This document shows positions 19,861-22,995 of a stretch of DNA of 22,995 bases, piece by piece. The DNA comes from Octopus sinensis. Taxonomy: Eukaryota. The stretch spans positions 1 through 22,995 of the forward strand of contig NW_021836657.1 in the NCBI RefSeq assembly GCF_006345805.1. Direction: 5' to 3'. Each line of letters starts with the position of its first letter. The stretch's first letter is position 1. Position numbers and translations under genes: made by a program. The notes under the pieces were generated by a model. It saw only the letters and a list, made by a program, of their open reading frames with translations, was not told where the DNA came from and searched no databases.

Positions 19861-19929
19861 TAAACTTTTAAGTTGGTGCCCTACCATAGCTGTAGTCCAA
19901 TGAATGAAATAAGTAAAGGGTAAAAGATA

Positions 19930-19944
19930 TCATTATTATTGTTG

Positions 19945-20006
<62 letters not shown>

Positions 20007-20032
20007 GTTGTTGTTGTTGTTGTTGTTGTTGT
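19930..20032. repeat. (ATT)n/(GTT)n microsatellite
   Basis: Direct inspection. Confidence 0.96.
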
Positions 20033-20095
20033 TTCCTTCAAACGGGAAGGAAGAGCTATTTTCATCATCCTTGTGGCCATGGCGAAAGAATGTAT

Positions 20096-20169
20096 CTGGT
20101 GGACGCGTCTGAAAGGATTGGAGACAAACACTTTCCTCTCTGTCAATCTCTCACATTCTTCAGTACCAC
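20096..20169 (-). ncRNA. Candidate degenerate type I hammerhead motif
   Basis: Minus strand GTGGTA-CTGAAGA-ATG-TGAGAGATTG..CAATC.TTTCA-G-ACGCGT-C-CACCAG: intact CUGAAGA, long helix II, ACGCGT palindrome plus GUC triplet, 4 of 6 helix I pairs; the GAAA box is partly deleted. Confidence 0.5.
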
Positions 20170-20673
20170 TTGAAAAGGAAAGTGAGAGTAGAGAGGCAAG
20201 TTTTGTCTAGCGAATGTTTTAAAAAAAGATGGCTGAATGTAGCAAGGATGGCACGTATGAGTGACGAAGCCACCTTGATCATAATCCTATGAACCCAGAA
20301 ATTGAAAACAGAGGGTTACCCACTTGCAAACAAATGTGGTAACATATAACAATATTGACCAAGGTTACCGTGGTCTTTTTCGTAGGCTTTTCTTCTTCCC
20401 ACGGATAACCTTACTTTGCTTTCCCCGCCCTTTACACCATATATCATAACACTGTTATAACACGATCCCTACTGATCGTTCTTTTTTTCCTCTTCCCTTT
20501 TTTGTCCCCTTTTTTTTCTTCTTTTTTCATTTCTCTTTCCTTTTGTTCCTTTTCCTTTTCCTTTTTTTTTTGCTCTTTTTCTTCCTTTTACGATCCCTCT
20601 TGATCGAAAACCTACGCCACCCCTTTTTTTTCTTTTGTTTTTTGTTCTCTCATCCCCAAAAGAAAAGCTCTAC

Positions 20674-20722
20674 CTTGTAACTTGTCCCATCTGTGTGCAG
20701 CCCTGTGTGGCCAATAAAGAAC

Positions 20723-20795
<73 letters not shown>
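20674..20795 (+). mobile_element. SINE/LINE-like 3' end with AATAAA and (TATC)n tail
   Basis: cttgtcccatctgtgtgcagccctgtgtggccAATAAAgaacc then (TATC)n 20724-20795; resemblance to an octopus SINE 3' end is from recall. Confidence 0.5.
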
Positions 20796-20915
20796 ACCAC
20801 CAGCACTAGGTCCGGTCGGTTATGCTCTAACACCTGATCTGCTTGGATTGGGAAATCCCAGAGGATTTTGTTAGTCTTTGACTTTGCCACTCTCTACGAT
20901 TTGTGCTCATACCCC
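20795..20915 (-). pseudogene. Fragment of the restriction-like endonuclease domain of an R4/Dong-type non-LTR element
   Basis: One frame, 20911 to 20795: YEHKS*RVAKSKTNKILWDFPIQADQVLEHNRPDLVLVV, matching the WYEH..ILWDF.IQ.D....NRPD motif; one in-frame stop. Confidence 0.75.
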
Positions 20916-20967
20916 TATTATTATTATCATTATATTATTATTATTACTATTATTATTATTATTATTA

Positions 20968-21043
<76 letters not shown>

Positions 21044-21058
21044 TTTTATTACTATTAC
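20916..21058. repeat. (ATT)n microsatellite
   Basis: Direct inspection. Confidence 0.97.
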
Positions 21059-21681
21059 GGCAGTGCATGCTAATTTACTTAGTAAGCATTTATCTTGAGG
21101 TTTTGGTGACAAGTTCCTTACAGCTCAAGAATTTTTTTGCCTCAAAATACTAAAGATCGATACACACACACACACACGCACACACACACACGCACACACA
21201 CACACATACACACACACACAATGTATTGCAAAGGATTTATAAATGAAAGTAGATAAAGAGAGCCAACAGTCCTACCACCCCTCCCACCCCTCCCACCCAT
21301 CAACACGCTTTCTTATACACCATTATCTGTAACATCACAACTGTTGGCATAACAAGGACATCCCCCCACACAATGTGTGTACATAATATATATTTGTGTG
21401 CGTGTGCGTTTGTGTGTGTATATGCGTGTGTGTCTCTGTATGTGTGTATGTGTGTGTGTACACACACACACGCATACACATAAGAAATGTACGATTATCC
21501 CTCCCGCCACACAAGAATATCAACAAAAACATTAAATAATATAAATATAAAATAAGAAAAGCAAAGCCAGGGTCTTCTGGAATGTTGTGTATTTAAAGAA
21601 AAACTATTTGTTATTTGTGTGTTCTTTGTTCATATTTCTTTTTTTTCTTCGGTGATTTCCTAACCCCCTCCTCTTCCTCAC

Positions 21682-21840
21682 CCTTCTTCTTCTTCTTCTT
21701 CTTCTTCTTCTTCTTCTTCCTTCTTCTTCTTCTTCTTCTTCTTCTTCTTCTTCTCCTTCTTCTTCTTCTTCTTCTTCTTCTTCTTCTTCTTCTCCTTCTT
21801 CTTCTTCTTCTTCTTCTTCTTCTTCTTCTTCTTCTTCTTC
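21682..21840. repeat. (CTT)n/(GAA)n polypyrimidine microsatellite, about 50 triplets, few interruptions
   Basis: Direct inspection. Confidence 0.97.
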
Positions 21841-22384
21841 GTACATTTGCACTGTTTTCTTTATGTCTCGCTTTCAATGTCGTTTTTTTTTTTATTATTA
21901 TCTTTTTAGGTTGTAGAAAGGGGAAAGGCGACGGATTGAATTGAGTTGGAGGGGCAGACTCGGGCTGTAAGAAGGCAACATGATCCGTGAATAGGAAAAC
22001 AAAAATAAATAATAAAAAAGAAAAACAGAAAAAAGCCCCCCCCCCCCAAAAAAAAATAGGCAAAGGTGGGGCATCACTCAAACACATTTTGCTGATATGG
22101 ATCAGCGATGATGTGCTGAAAGTCGTGGAGCGTCTAACACTTTCGCGTCAACGCTATTGCATCGCCCGTTGACTCGCGATTAACTAATCATTGTGTGTTT
22201 GATACGAAACATCATTAACCTCAATCAATGGTTCAAGGGTTCGCCCATCGATATAAACTTTCTTATTTTGCTATGTTGCATCAATCATCAGTTACATTTT
22301 TTCCCTTTTGTTATCATCGTCGTCGTCGTTGTGGTTCATGCTGTGCTTTTCGAATATTATTACTCTTTTAACTACTGGCATTGT

Positions 22385-22995
<611 letters not shown>

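Noticed and set aside
22105-22125. ATGATG..CTGA as C/D box snoRNA
   Set aside because: The boxes are only 2 nt apart, leaving no room for a guide or terminal stem.

Overview
Eukaryotic, very repeat-dense, non-genic-looking DNA. No host protein-coding gene is supported, and almost all ORFs in the supplied track come from microsatellites or antisense transposon sequence. The microsatellite load and SINE-like pieces resemble coleoid cephalopod (Octopus-like) DNA; this is recall and inference, not a database result. Contents: (1) two degenerate Penelope-like retroelements (PLEs; RT plus GIY-YIG) at 1-2912 (-) and 11369-12990 (+). (2) A near full-length, disrupted CR1/L2-group LINE (CCCH-finger remnant, APE, RT, 3' stem-loop and tandem tail) at about 5540-8895 (+), and a second divergent 3' fragment at 13238-14240 (-). 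(3) An R4/Dong-type RLE fragment, tRNA-derived SINE heads and tails, a 49-bp-arm inverted repeat and many microsatellites. The most interesting layer is non-coding RNA. There are up to five type I hammerhead ribozyme motifs from about four families, each with a different palindromic helix III. These include an inverted pair (3276-3351 - and 3706-3778 +) whose lesions are complementary, so their consensus is a canonical ribozyme, embedded in a module with a covarying hairpin and an AG|GT splice site. There is also an unclassified, intron-containing family of about 700 bp, present head-to-tail at two loci.
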